From contig NC_004459.3 in the NCBI RefSeq assembly GCF_000039765.1, positions 1,440,001-1,472,000 on the forward strand: a stretch of 32,000 bases of DNA, read 5' to 3'. The position numbers and the translations under genes were made by a program. A model generated the notes under the pieces. It did not search any database. It was not told where the DNA came from and was given only the letters and a program-made list of their open reading frames with translations. This document shows positions 1 to 9,726 of this stretch, piece after piece. The stretch's first letter is position 1; each line of letters begins with the position of its first letter. Source of the DNA: Vibrio vulnificus CMCP6. GTDB lineage: Bacteria > Pseudomonadota > Gammaproteobacteria > Enterobacterales > Vibrionaceae.

Positions 1-1389
1 GCACGTTTGCAAATGCCCAATGCCAAGTACCAAACGGAAATTGATATTACGGGCAAAGTGCCTGTGTTGAGTGCAACCAACCTGGTGCTGGGCAGTGGTG
101 GCTTCAAAATTAGCCCAGTGGTGGGCCACCATGCCTTGATTCGTACCGAATACTTTGACCTCGACCAATGGCTGAGTGTGTTGAGTCAACCGCCAAAAGG
201 CGCGACATCGAAACTGGCACAAATGGATACGCCAGAGATTCCATTGCCTACACGTATCAAAGTCGAAACGCCAACCTTAATGCTCAGTGGCATCGAGTTT
301 CATGATGTGGATTTCTCGGCACGGAAGAAAAATCTCAATTGGCAGTTCAACCTGAAAAGCCAAGAGGCTGTAGGACAGGCGAACTACCTTGAACCTTACG
401 ACTTGGCGGTATCATTAGAGCGTTTGCATCTTTATGTACCAGGGTTGGATGAGAAGAAAGCGCAGGGTGAGTCCTTACTTACCGCGGAGAGTCCGGAAGC
501 GCCATTGATCAGTCAGTTTGATCGCGAATTTCATCAACTGATGCCAAACTTAACACTGAACATCGATGATTTTTGGTTGCAGGGCTACAAAGTTGGCAAG
601 GTGAACATTGATTTGCAGCGGCAAGGCAAAGCTTTGGTGTGGAAAAATATTTCACTGGTCAGTGGCTCAAATCGCGTGGATGTGAATGGCGACTGGACAT
701 TGGATGGGGAAACCAGTCAATCGCGCATGAATCTCAAGGTGAAAAGTGATAACAACAGCGATTTGATGGAGCGATTTGGTATTACCTCCGGCATTCAAAA
801 AGCGCCGTTTGAAATCACCTCACAAGTGATTTGGGATGGAGCGCCTTGGTCGATGCGGGTAAATACGCTCGATGGTGATGTGCAAACCGAATTTGGCAAA
901 GGCATCATTACTGACGTGAGCGGCGCGGCTCGTTTGTTGGGACTATTTAGTCTCGATTCCATCATTCGTAAAATGCAGCTCGATTTTACCGATGTGTTCG
1001 ACAAAGGCATGGCGTTTAACTCGATTAAAGGCACGGGTAAGATCCAAGATGGCGTGTTTGTGACCAATGATATTGAGATGGATGCCTTAGCGGGTGCGAT
1101 GAAAATTCGCGGGCTTGCCAACATGGTGACTCGAACGGTAGACGCGGAAGTGCAGTTTACTCCAGATATTACCTCTGGCATCCCGATGTTGACGGCGTTT
1201 GCGGTTGCGCCACAAACGGCACTCTACGTGTTGGCGATTTCCACCGTGATTTCGCCGGTTGTGGAAGTGTTTACCCAAGTTAACTATTCCGTCAAAGGGC
1301 CGCTTGACTATCCAACGGTCAGTGAAATTTCGCGTAGCCGTGGTGAGTTTGAACTCCCAGAAAAACTGCGCAAAGAAGCGCAAGAATAA
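1..1389 (+). CDS. yhdP: YhdP/AsmA-like large envelope protein, C-terminal part (5' end outside window)
   Basis: Frame is open from base 1. Terminal region reads GLFSLDSIIRKMQLDFTDVFDKGMAFNSIKGTGKIQDGVFVTNDIEMDALAGAMKIRG...VSGAARLLGLFSL, typical of the YhdP C-terminus; followed directly by the nitrilase gene. Confidence 0.85.
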   Translation, partial: ARLQMPNAKYQTEIDITGKVPVLSATNLVLGSGGFKISPVVGHHALIRTEYFDLDQWLSVLSQPPKGATSKLAQMDTPEIPLPTRIKVETPTLMLSGIEFHDVDFSARKKNLNWQFNLKSQEAVGQANYLEPYDLAVSLERLHLYVPGLDEKKAQGESLLTAESPEAPLISQFDREFHQLMPNLTLNIDDFWLQGYKVGKVNIDLQRQGKALVWKNISLVSGSNRVDVNGDWTLDGETSQSRMNLKVKSDNNSDLMERFGITSGIQKAPFEITSQVIWDGAPWSMRVNTLDGDVQTEFGKGIITDVSGAARLLGLFSLDSIIRKMQLDFTDVFDKGMAFNSIKGTGKIQDGVFVTNDIEMDALAGAMKIRGLANMVTRTVDAEVQFTPDITSGIPMLTAFAVAPQTALYVLAISTVISPVVEVFTQVNYSVKGPLDYPTVSEISRSRGEFELPEKLRKEAQE

Positions 1390-1396
1390 GGAGCGA

Positions 1397-2224
1397 ATGA
1401 TGGAAAGGATTGCCATTATTCAAATGACGTCGACGTCAGACTGTACAGACAATGTGGCTTATATTGAGCATTGGGCAGAGCAGGCGGCCCTTCTAGGGGC
1501 AAGTTTGGTGGTGACCCCAGAAAACGCCTTGCTGTTTGGTGGCAGAGAGGATTACCACCAGCATGCCGAACCGCTTGGTAATGGCCCATTGCAACAGGCC
1601 ATGGCGCAGCTTGCCAAACGGCTGGCAGTGACCCTGGTGATTGGCAGCATGCCGATTCGCCAAGGGCATGACGTTACCACTACCAGCTTGGTTTTTGGCC
1701 CCAATGGCGAACGTCTTGGTCATTACAGCAAGCTGCACATGTTTGATGTGGAGGTCAGCGATGGCCATGGGCATTACCGTGAATCAGACAGCTTTTTGGC
1801 TGGCGATCGCAGCAGTGTGGTGGCCACGCCCATAGGCCGTTTAGGGCTTTCCATTTGCTACGATGTTCGCTTTCCGGCGTTGTACCAAACACTACGTCAA
1901 AAGGGAGCCGATATTTTGTTGGTGCCCGCGGCGTTTACTGCGGTGACTGGAGAGGCGCATTGGGAAATACTCTTGCGCGCTCGAGCGATAGAAAATCAGT
2001 GCTGGGTGATTGCCGCAGCACAAGGCGGAATGCATTCCGCCAGTCGTGAAACGTGGGGCCACTCTATGGTCATTGACCCTTGGGGGAAAGTCGTCGCACA
2101 ATTACCGCAACAAGGTGATTTGCTGCTTGCAGAGATAGACTTAGCCTTAAGTGACACGATTCGACGTAAAATGCCAGTGGTGAAACACAGCCGTTTTACT
2201 CATTTACTAGACAATAAAGATTGA
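1397..2224 (+). CDS. Nitrilase/carbon-nitrogen hydrolase family amidohydrolase
   Basis: MMERIAIIQMTSTSD..., catalytic motifs VTPENALLFGG (Glu), GHYSKLHMFDVEV (Lys) and LGLSICYDVRFPALYQ (Cys). The start is reassigned downstream of the ORF-track start (1259) because that overlaps the preceding CDS; GGAG precedes 1397. Confidence 0.88.
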   Translation: MMERIAIIQMTSTSDCTDNVAYIEHWAEQAALLGASLVVTPENALLFGGREDYHQHAEPLGNGPLQQAMAQLAKRLAVTLVIGSMPIRQGHDVTTTSLVFGPNGERLGHYSKLHMFDVEVSDGHGHYRESDSFLAGDRSSVVATPIGRLGLSICYDVRFPALYQTLRQKGADILLVPAAFTAVTGEAHWEILLRARAIENQCWVIAAAQGGMHSASRETWGHSMVIDPWGKVVAQLPQQGDLLLAEIDLALSDTIRRKMPVVKHSRFTHLLDNKD

Positions 2225-2246
2225 ATAACAAGGCAGAGCCAAGCTT

Positions 2247-3692
2247 ATGAGCATAAATCAGATTGAAGAAGCGCTGTTAGCACCCGGGGGCCTGACGGCA
2301 GAGGATATCGCTGCTACGTTAGGCAGTATTGCGACGCGTCAAATTGACTATGCCGATATCTATTTTCAATCCAGTTGGCATGAGTCACTGGTGTTGGAAG
2401 ACAGCATTATCAAAGATGGCTCATTTAACATTGATTGTGGTGTCGGCGTACGTGCCGTGACGGGTGAGAAAACGGGTTTCGCCTATTCTGATCAAATTCA
2501 GTTGGATGGTTTAAAGCAAAGTGCGATTGCGGCACGAGGCATTGCTCAACAGGGGCAAAATGGCCAAGTTCGCGCCTTTAAACGCAGCGAAAACCAGCAC
2601 TACTATGCCGCAGTCAATCCACTGGCGGGATGGGAAAAACAACAGAAAACCGAACTGCTTAAATCATTGGATGCTTACATTCGCACTAAAGAACCGCTGA
2701 TTAAAGAGGTGTCGATTAGCCTCAGTGGCGTGCATGAGCAAATGTTGGTGGCAGCGACGGATGGTACGTACGCAGGGGATATTCGTCCTTTGGTTCGTCT
2801 TTCCATTAGTGTGTTAGCTGAGAAAGGCGAACGACGCGAGCGCGGCAGTGCGGGTGGTGGTGGCCGTTTTGGCTACGATTTCTTTATCGGTGATGAAGAC
2901 GGCGTCCAACGCGCGTTTCATTTTGCCGATGAAGCAATTCGCATGGCGTTGGTGAATCTAGAAGCCGATGCCGCACCAGCGGGCAGTATGCCAGTGGTTC
3001 TCGGTTCTGGTTGGCCGGGCGTTCTGCTGCATGAAGCGGTCGGTCATGGTTTGGAAGGCGATTTCAACCGTAAAGGATCTTCGGTCTTCTCTGGCAAAGT
3101 GGGCGAACAAGTGACTTCTTCTTTGTGCACCATTGTTGATGATGGCACCTTGAAAGATTTGCGCGGCTCACTGAACGTCGATGACGAAGGGGTGAATGGC
3201 CAGTACAACACGCTGATCGAAAATGGTGTGTTGAAAGGTTACATGCAAGATAAGCTCAACGCGCGTTTGATGGGGGTTAACCCAACGGGTAATGGCCGCC
3301 GTGAATCGTACGCGCATTTACCGATGCCGCGCATGACCAATACCTATATGTTGCCAGGTCAGCATACCCCAGAAGAGATCATTTCGACGGTGAAGAAAGG
3401 CTTGTACGCGCCGAACTTTGGTGGCGGTCAGGTGGACATTACTTCCGGTAAATTTGTGTTCTCGACCTCAGAAGCGTATTTGATTGAAGATGGCAAGATC
3501 ACCCGTCCAGTGAAAGGGGCGACCTTGATCGGCTCGGGGATCGAAGCGATGCAGCAAGTCTCGATGGTGGGTAACGATCTCAGCATCGATCGCGGTGTCG
3601 GCGTGTGTGGTAAAGCCGGGCAGAGCATTCCTGTTGGCGTTGGTCAGCCAACCCTCAAGTTGGACTCGATCACCGTAGGTGGTACTGAGTAA
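2247..3692 (+). CDS. tldD: Metalloprotease TldD
   Basis: 481 aa with [31 protein letters not shown] (HExxxH motif) and [42 protein letters not shown]. Confidence 0.96.
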   Translation: MSINQIEEALLAPGGLTAEDIAATLGSIATRQIDYADIYFQSSWHESLVLEDSIIKDGSFNIDCGVGVRAVTGEKTGFAYSDQIQLDGLKQSAIAARGIAQQGQNGQVRAFKRSENQHYYAAVNPLAGWEKQQKTELLKSLDAYIRTKEPLIKEVSISLSGVHEQMLVAATDGTYAGDIRPLVRLSISVLAEKGERRERGSAGGGGRFGYDFFIGDEDGVQRAFHFADEAIRMALVNLEADAAPAGSMPVVLGSGWPGVLLHEAVGHGLEGDFNRKGSSVFSGKVGEQVTSSLCTIVDDGTLKDLRGSLNVDDEGVNGQYNTLIENGVLKGYMQDKLNARLMGVNPTGNGRRESYAHLPMPRMTNTYMLPGQHTPEEIISTVKKGLYAPNFGGGQVDITSGKFVFSTSEAYLIEDGKITRPVKGATLIGSGIEAMQQVSMVGNDLSIDRGVGVCGKAGQSIPVGVGQPTLKLDSITVGGTE

Positions 3693-3704
3693 TCTCATGA
3701 AATT

Positions 3705-3729
3705 AAAGGGGCGACGTGTTCGCCCCTTT
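3705..3729 (+). terminator. Rho-independent terminator of tldD
   Basis: Perfect 10-bp stem AAAGGGGCGA / TCGCCCCTTT with loop CGTGT, followed by TTC TTT. Confidence 0.85.
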
Positions 3730-3773
3730 TTCTTTGCGAGTCAACTTGTTTACTTATTGCGACTCTAACAAGT

Positions 3774-3864
3774 ACCCTAGCCCCTAGCCCCTAGCCCCTA
3801 GCCCCTAGCCCCTAGCCCCTAGTTCCTAGTTCCTAGTTTCTAGTTCCTAGCTCCTAGTTCCTCT
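3774..3864. repeat. Tandem heptanucleotide repeat, (CCCCTAG)n grading into (TTCCTAG)n
   Basis: Direct reading in 7-bp steps: accctag, 6x cccctag (3781-3822), ttcctag, ttcctag, tttctag, ttcctag, ctcctag, ttcctct. Twelve CTAG tetramers in strict 7-bp phase. Confidence 0.97.
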
Positions 3865-3873
3865 CTTTCTCCA

Positions 3874-5253
3874 CTACAAATTCTCCTCGGCAAACTCAGC
3901 CAAGCGACTGCGCACCACGCCATTGAGGTGGACGTTGGCGCTGCCTTCAAAGTTTTTAAAGCGCTCAACCATGTAAGTTAATCCTGAGGTAACTGGGGTG
4001 AGGTAGTGAGAGTCGATCTGCGCAAGGTTACCGGAACAGACGATCTTCGTCCCTTCGCCGCAGCGAGTAATAATGGTTTTGATCTGCGAGGCGGTGAGGT
4101 TTTGACACTCATCGAGCAGAACAAACGCATTTTGGATCGAGCGGCCGCGCATAAAGTTGATCGACTTAAACTGAATGTTGGCTTTGTCGACGATGTATTT
4201 TAGCGAGCCTTCGGTACAGTGATCGTGCTTGTGCAGTGCTTCTAAGGTATCGGTGACCGCTGCCAGCCAAGGCATCATTTTTTCTTCTTCCGTACCCGGT
4301 AAGAAACCGATTGACTCGCCAATGTCTGGGGTGTTTCGCGTGACGATGATCTTATCGAACATGCCTTTTTCAATGGTTTGTTCAAGCGCAGCCGCAAGTG
4401 CCAGTAAGGTTTTACCGCTGCCCGCCGCACCAGTAAGAATCACAAGATCGATATCAGGATCGAGCAAGGCGTCCAATGCCATCGCTTGGTAGATATTTTT
4501 CGGTGTGATGTCCCATGCTTTGCGGTGCATCAGGCGCTCACGGCTGAGATCGAGCAACGTCAATTTGTCACCATCGATGGTTTCGACGCGGCCAACGAAA
4601 TCACTTTCCTCAGCATCCACTACGTATTGATTGATAAACGTCGGATCAAACGGCGCTCGATCCAGCTTATGGAAAGTGCGTCCTTCCAAAGCGTAGCTTT
4701 CAACCTGATCGACTTGGCTCCAGAACTCACCTTCTCGCACTTGGTAGCCTTTGGTGAGGTATTGAATGTCATCAATTAATTGGTCGGTGCGGTAATCTTC
4801 CACATACCGCACCCCTGCGCCTTTGGCACGTAGGCGCATGTTGATGTCTTTGGTGACCAACACCACTTCGCGTGGGGCACGCTTGTTTTGTAGGTAGAGC
4901 ACAGCATTGAGGATACGGTTGTCGCCCGCTTTATCTGCGAATGCTTTGACGGTTTCTTGCAGTTCAAAATCGGCCAGAATAGAAATGGTGCCGCGGCCTT
5001 CGCCCTCTTTCGAAACAGGAATACCTTCTGAAATTTCATCAGGTGTCGCGTCTTTGAAAAGATCTTCCAACGCCCGAATGGCCACGCGTGCATCACGGGC
5101 CACATCTCGTTTGCTGTCTTTGATTCTGTCGAGTTCTTCAAGCACCGTCATAGGGATGACGACGTCATGCTCTTTAAAGGAATAAATTGCGAAGGGTTCG
5201 TGCAGCAGTATGTTGGTATCAAGTACAAACAGTTTCCGATCAGTATCGCCCAT
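3874..5253 (-). CDS. PIN domain-PhoH ATPase fusion protein (PhoH2/YlaK-like)
   Basis: N-terminal PIN-like MGDTDRKLFVLDTNILLHEPFAIYSFKEHDVVIPMTVLEELD... and C-terminal PhoH ATPase with Walker A VILTGAAGSGKTLLALAAALE, FLPGTEEEKMMPW, and FVLLDECQNLTASQIKTIITRCGEGTKIVCSGNLAQID. Confidence 0.93.
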   Translation of the reverse strand: MGDTDRKLFVLDTNILLHEPFAIYSFKEHDVVIPMTVLEELDRIKDSKRDVARDARVAIRALEDLFKDATPDEISEGIPVSKEGEGRGTISILADFELQETVKAFADKAGDNRILNAVLYLQNKRAPREVVLVTKDINMRLRAKGAGVRYVEDYRTDQLIDDIQYLTKGYQVREGEFWSQVDQVESYALEGRTFHKLDRAPFDPTFINQYVVDAEESDFVGRVETIDGDKLTLLDLSRERLMHRKAWDITPKNIYQAMALDALLDPDIDLVILTGAAGSGKTLLALAAALEQTIEKGMFDKIIVTRNTPDIGESIGFLPGTEEEKMMPWLAAVTDTLEALHKHDHCTEGSLKYIVDKANIQFKSINFMRGRSIQNAFVLLDECQNLTASQIKTIITRCGEGTKIVCSGNLAQIDSHYLTPVTSGLTYMVERFKNFEGSANVHLNGVVRSRLAEFAEENL

Positions 5254-5774
5254 AGCGTCTCCTTGCCGTAAAGCCGGCTTTGCTCAAAGTACACTAAGCG
5301 GAAGAATGCGCTTCCTGCTTAGCATCTTGCCTGCAGAAGAGGTCGTGAGCATTCGGCGTAATATACCGACAGAGGCACCAATTGGGGCGCTTATGGCATG
5401 TCAACCGAGTAGCGAGACGACTTACTGCAAACCCGTGTTGATCCAAATCGATTACGTTAAAGCTAGCATGAATTGTGCCGAGTCATCTTTCTGACGCGTT
5501 CATGTTGGCTTAATTCGAGTATACGTCATTTTTGGAACACCAGGACTCACAAATGACACGCTTTCTTTACATTTTGATTTCATCGTCACGGCTTGAAAAA
5601 AATATTGGGATTCCGAGTGTTTGAGCGTGACCTCCATCACGCCATCAAGTAAGATTAGCGGCCTTTTTCTGCGGCGATTTCTTCATCGATTGATAATTGA
5701 TTTGTCCCGTTTGGCGGTGACAAAAAGCAGAACTAAGCTTTTAAGATTCACAATTAAAACGAGGTAGTCTATTC

Positions 5775-8684
5775 ATGGCATTTGCTTTGGGGCAGCGCTG
5801 GATCAGCGATACGGAGAGCGATTTGGGTTTAGGTACGGTAGTGGCGTTAGATGCTCGCACCGTGACACTGATGTTTGCAGCATCAGAAGAGAACCGAGTT
5901 TACGCCAGTAACGATGCGCCGGTAACCCGAGTAGTTTTTAATGTCGGTGATGTGGTTGAGTGTCAAGAAGGTTGGTCACTCAAAGTGGAACAAGTAGTGG
6001 AAGAGAACGGGTTATATACCTACCTTGGCACGCGTGAAGACACTGAAGAAACTGGTGTTGCACTGCGTGAAATCTTCCTGAGCAACCAAATTCGTTTTAA
6101 TAAACCGCAAGACAAAATGTACGCCGGTCAAATCGATCGCATGGACAACTTTGTGTTGCGTTACCGCGCACTCAAAAATCAATATGAACAACACCGCAGT
6201 CCAATGCGCGGCCTCTGTGGTATGCGTGCGGGCTTGATCCCTCATCAGCTCTACATTGCCCACGAAGTGGGTCGTCGTCATGCGCCACGCGTATTGCTGG
6301 CGGATGAAGTGGGTTTGGGCAAAACCATTGAAGCGGGCATGATCATTCACCAGCAAGTGCTGCTTGGCCGTGCTGAACGCATCCTGATTGTGGTGCCTGA
6401 AACGTTGCAACACCAGTGGTTGGTGGAGATGATGCGTCGTTTCAATCTGCATTTCTCTATCTTTGATGAAGAACGCTGTGTCGAAGCGTTTGCCGAGTCA
6501 GATAACCCATTTGATACCCAGCAGTACGTACTGTGTTCACTCGATTTCTTGCGTAAAAGTCGCAAGCGTTTTGAGCAAGCGCTCGAAGCCGAATGGGATC
6601 TGCTGGTGGTGGACGAAGCGCACCACCTTGAGTGGAGCCAAGACAAACCCAGCCGTGGCTACCAAGTGGTAGAAGGCTTAGCAGAACGCACACCCGGTGT
6701 GTTGCTGTTGACCGCAACCCCGGAACAGCTTGGCCGTGAGAGTCACTTTGCCCGCTTACGCCTTCTCGATTCAGACCGTTTCTACGACTACGCTGCGTTT
6801 GTTGAAGAAGAAGCGCAATACGCGCCAGTTGCGGATGCGATTACCGCGTTATTCTCCGGCGTGAAGCTGGCGGATGAGGCGAAAAACCAAATTACCGAAC
6901 TGCTTTCTGAGCAGGACGTTGAGCCGCTGTTCCGCATCATCGAAAGTAATGCTGACGAAGAGAGCAAAGCGATCGCTCGCCAAGAGTTGATTGATAATTT
7001 GATGGACCGCCACGGCACTGGCCGTGTCTTGTTCCGTAACACCCGTGCGGCGATCAAAGGCTTCCCTGTGCGTAATGTGCACCTGTTGCCGATGCCGATC
7101 CCAACCCAATACACCACCTCGATGCGTGTTTCGGGCATGATCGGTGGCAAGTTGGCCCCAGAAGCGCGTGCGATGAAAAACCTCTACCCAGAAGAGATCT
7201 TCCAAGAATTTGAAGGGGAAGAGTCGAGCTGGTGGCAGTTTGACTGCCGAGTAAACTGGTTGCTGGAAAAGCTGAAAGCGCAACGCAGTGAGAAAGTTTT
7301 AGTGATCGCTTCGCGTGCCAGCACGGCATTGCAACTTGAACAAGCGTTGCGTGAGCGTGAAGGCATTCGTGCCACCGTTTTCCATGAAGGTATGTCCATC
7401 CTTGAGCGCGACAAAGCCGCAGCTTACTTCGCGCAAGAAGAGGGCGGCGCACAGGTGTTGATTTGTAGTGAAATCGGCTCTGAAGGTCGTAACTTCCAAT
7501 TTGCTAACCAGTTGGTGATGTTTGACCTGCCATTCAACCCAGATTTGCTTGAACAGCGTATTGGTCGTTTGGACCGTATTGGTCAAAAACGTGATATCGA
7601 TATTCATGTGCCTTACCTGCAAGGAACCGCACAAGAAGTCTTAGCGCGTTGGTTTAATGAAGGCCTCAATGCATTTGCTGAAACTTGCCCAACAGGCCGC
7701 ACTGTCTATGACCAAGTCTCCGATCAACTGATCGAGATGTTGGCATCGGGTTCCAATGAGGCGTTGGATGACGTGATTGCGGAATCGGCCAAACTGAATC
7801 AAGCGTTGAAAGCCGATCTTGAGCAAGGGCGTGACCGTCTGTTGGAAATGCACTCCAACGGTGGGGAGAAAGCGCAGCAAATCGTGGCGGAAATTGCCGC
7901 CAAAGATGGCGATACCAACCTAGTGAGTTTTGCACTTAGCTTGTTTGACACCATTGGTTTGAACCAAGATGACAAAGGTGAAAATGCCATCGTGGTGACG
8001 CCGTCGGAGCACATGATGGTGCCGAGCTACCCAGGTTTGCCGTACGAAGGCGCGACGATTACCTTCGATCGCGATACGGCGTTGTCACGCGAAGACATGC
8101 ACTTTATCAGTTGGGAACACCCAATGATCCAAGGCGGCATTGATTTGCTGATGAGTGAAGGGGTGGGCACCTGTGCCGTTTCTCTGCTCAAGAACAAAGC
8201 ATTGCCGGTCGGCACTTTGCTGCTAGAGCTGATTTATGCGGTGGACGCGCAAGCGCCGAAACGCAGTGGTATTGGCCGCTTCTTACCTCGCACGCCAATT
8301 CGTTTGATGATGGACGCTCGTGGCAACGATCTCTCTGGTCAAGTGGAGTTTGAAAGCTTTAACCGTCAATTGAGCCCAGTGAATCGCCATTTGGCGAGCA
8401 AATTGGTTTCGTCGGTGCAAAACGATATCCATCGTTTGATTGAAGCCGGTGACCAGTTGGTGGTGGAAAATGTCGAAGCAATTCGTCAGCAAGCACAGCA
8501 AGAGATGCAGCAGAGTCTTAATAGTGAACTTGAGCGTCTGCAAGCATTGAAAGCGGTCAACCCGAACATTCGTGATGAAGAAATTGAGGCGATTGACGCG
8601 CAAATCAAAGAGTTGAACGGTTACATCTCGAAGGCGCAATTCCAATTGGATTCACTGCGTCTGATTGTGGTGAGCCACAACTGA
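5775..8684 (+). CDS. rapA: RNA polymerase recycling ATPase RapA (SWI2/SNF2 family)
   Basis: 969 aa; [76 protein letters not shown]. Length and motifs match RapA. Confidence 0.97.
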   Translation: MAFALGQRWISDTESDLGLGTVVALDARTVTLMFAASEENRVYASNDAPVTRVVFNVGDVVECQEGWSLKVEQVVEENGLYTYLGTREDTEETGVALREIFLSNQIRFNKPQDKMYAGQIDRMDNFVLRYRALKNQYEQHRSPMRGLCGMRAGLIPHQLYIAHEVGRRHAPRVLLADEVGLGKTIEAGMIIHQQVLLGRAERILIVVPETLQHQWLVEMMRRFNLHFSIFDEERCVEAFAESDNPFDTQQYVLCSLDFLRKSRKRFEQALEAEWDLLVVDEAHHLEWSQDKPSRGYQVVEGLAERTPGVLLLTATPEQLGRESHFARLRLLDSDRFYDYAAFVEEEAQYAPVADAITALFSGVKLADEAKNQITELLSEQDVEPLFRIIESNADEESKAIARQELIDNLMDRHGTGRVLFRNTRAAIKGFPVRNVHLLPMPIPTQYTTSMRVSGMIGGKLAPEARAMKNLYPEEIFQEFEGEESSWWQFDCRVNWLLEKLKAQRSEKVLVIASRASTALQLEQALREREGIRATVFHEGMSILERDKAAAYFAQEEGGAQVLICSEIGSEGRNFQFANQLVMFDLPFNPDLLEQRIGRLDRIGQKRDIDIHVPYLQGTAQEVLARWFNEGLNAFAETCPTGRTVYDQVSDQLIEMLASGSNEALDDVIAESAKLNQALKADLEQGRDRLLEMHSNGGEKAQQIVAEIAAKDGDTNLVSFALSLFDTIGLNQDDKGENAIVVTPSEHMMVPSYPGLPYEGATITFDRDTALSREDMHFISWEHPMIQGGIDLLMSEGVGTCAVSLLKNKALPVGTLLLELIYAVDAQAPKRSGIGRFLPRTPIRLMMDARGNDLSGQVEFESFNRQLSPVNRHLASKLVSSVQNDIHRLIEAGDQLVVENVEAIRQQAQQEMQQSLNSELERLQALKAVNPNIRDEEIEAIDAQIKELNGYISKAQFQLDSLRLIVVSHN

Positions 8685-8753
8685 TCCCGAGTGATCCGTT
8701 AAACGACCATCGGCTCCTTTACTGGAGCCGTTGGGTTATGACAATATGCCCGT

Positions 8754-8896
8754 TATCCCCTTCCTACTTGAAGCTGCAGCGGCGTTGACTACGTTCGTCC
8801 TCTGGGTCGCCAGCCCGGCCCAATTACATAGTCTTCTATGTTCATGGGGATGACCTCACTTGCCGCCTACCTGCAACTCCAAGTAGTTTGGGGACA
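8754..8896. repeat. ERIC-like (intergenic repeat unit) imperfect palindromic element, Vibrio-type
   Basis: Terminal inverted repeats TATCCCCTTCCTACTTGAAGCTGCAG (8754-8779) versus reverse complement of 8871-8896, TGTCCCCAAACTACTTGGAGTTGCAG (20/26 identical). Central CATAG-TCTT-CTATG hairpin at 8827-8840. Internal sequence (minus strand CATCCCCATGAACATAGAAGACTATGTAATTGGG) resembles the ERIC core. Confidence 0.8.
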
Positions 8897-8917
8897 TTTT
8901 TATAGTGAGACTTTGCT

Positions 8918-9670
8918 ATGGCGATGCTTGAGTACCTTCCACCGACCGATCCTTGGACGGAGATTATTTTCGAAGATGACCATATTTTGGCGGTCAACAA
9001 ACCTTCGGGATTGCTTTCGGTTCCGGGGCGCTTGCCAGAGCATCACGACAGCATGTGGAGCCGCTTGCAAGAGCAGTATCCTGAGATCCAAGTGGTGCAT
9101 CGCCTGGATATGTCGACCTCAGGTTTAATGGTGTTTGCCAAGAACAAGCGCGCAGAAGCGGCATTAAAGAAGCAGTTTCAATACCGTTTAACGCATAAGG
9201 TCTACTACGCACGCGTGTGGGGCCATGTAGAAGCAGATTCAGGCATGATTGATTTGCCACTGATTTGTGATTGGCCAAACCGACCGATGCAGAAGGTGTG
9301 TCATGAACATGGCAAGCCATCGCAAACGGCGTTTCAAGTTGCCAAACGCGAAGTGCATGCCAATGGAGCACAAACCACGATTATGCGCTTATTACCTGTG
9401 ACGGGGCGTTCGCACCAGCTGCGTGTGCACATGCAGGCATTGGGGCATCCGATTGTCGGCGATGAATTTTACGCCCAAGGTGACGCGTTTACCTTCTCCG
9501 AACGCCTCGAATTGCATGCCGCAGAGCTGAGCTTTTATCATCCTAAGAGCCATTGGCTACGCAGCTTATTCGTTCCTTGTGACTTCTATCCGGATGCCGA
9601 AGAGATGATCTTTTCATATTTCGATCCTGCGCGTAAATTACCGGATTACAAGTCGCTGCCCAAGAGCTAG
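8918..9670 (+). CDS. rluA: RluA-family rRNA/tRNA pseudouridine synthase
   Basis: 250 aa with VVHRLDMSTSGLMVFAKNKRAEAALKKQF (RluA catalytic HRLD) and RLLPVTGRSHQLRVHMQALGHPIVGDEFY; located after rapA. Confidence 0.92.
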   Translation: MAMLEYLPPTDPWTEIIFEDDHILAVNKPSGLLSVPGRLPEHHDSMWSRLQEQYPEIQVVHRLDMSTSGLMVFAKNKRAEAALKKQFQYRLTHKVYYARVWGHVEADSGMIDLPLICDWPNRPMQKVCHEHGKPSQTAFQVAKREVHANGAQTTIMRLLPVTGRSHQLRVHMQALGHPIVGDEFYAQGDAFTFSERLELHAAELSFYHPKSHWLRSLFVPCDFYPDAEEMIFSYFDPARKLPDYKSLPKS

Positions 9671-9726
9671 GCTCTCGCCTTTCACGTTTTCGATTTCTTT
9701 TCACTGGCAGTGCGTAAGGAGTTTTT

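Noticed and set aside
1259-1396. Extended N-terminus of the nitrilase ORF in the ORF track
   Set aside because: It overlaps the yhdP-like C-terminus in another frame and has no family similarity; the conserved protein starts at MMERIAIIQM (1397).
3774-3864. Heptamer array considered as a CRISPR array or phase-variable coding repeat
   Set aside because: The repeat unit is 7 bp with no spacers, no cas genes are nearby, and the array lies in noncoding DNA between two convergent stop codons.
5210-5774. Possible small gene or sRNA in the gap upstream of rapA (including ORF 5210-5494)
   Set aside because: The ORF overlaps the PIN-PhoH start and has no similarity or RBS; no clear sRNA promoter-terminator pair was found.
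6012-8645. Multiple ORFs of 70-150 aa antisense to or in alternate frames of rapA
   Set aside because: They lie entirely within a strongly supported rapA CDS, have no recognisable motifs, and are expected shadow ORFs.
8711-8730. CGGCTCC-TTTACT-GGAGCCG hairpin after rapA as a strong terminator
   Set aside because: The stem is perfect but followed by TTGGGTTATG rather than a T-tract, so termination is uncertain and it was not listed as a feature.
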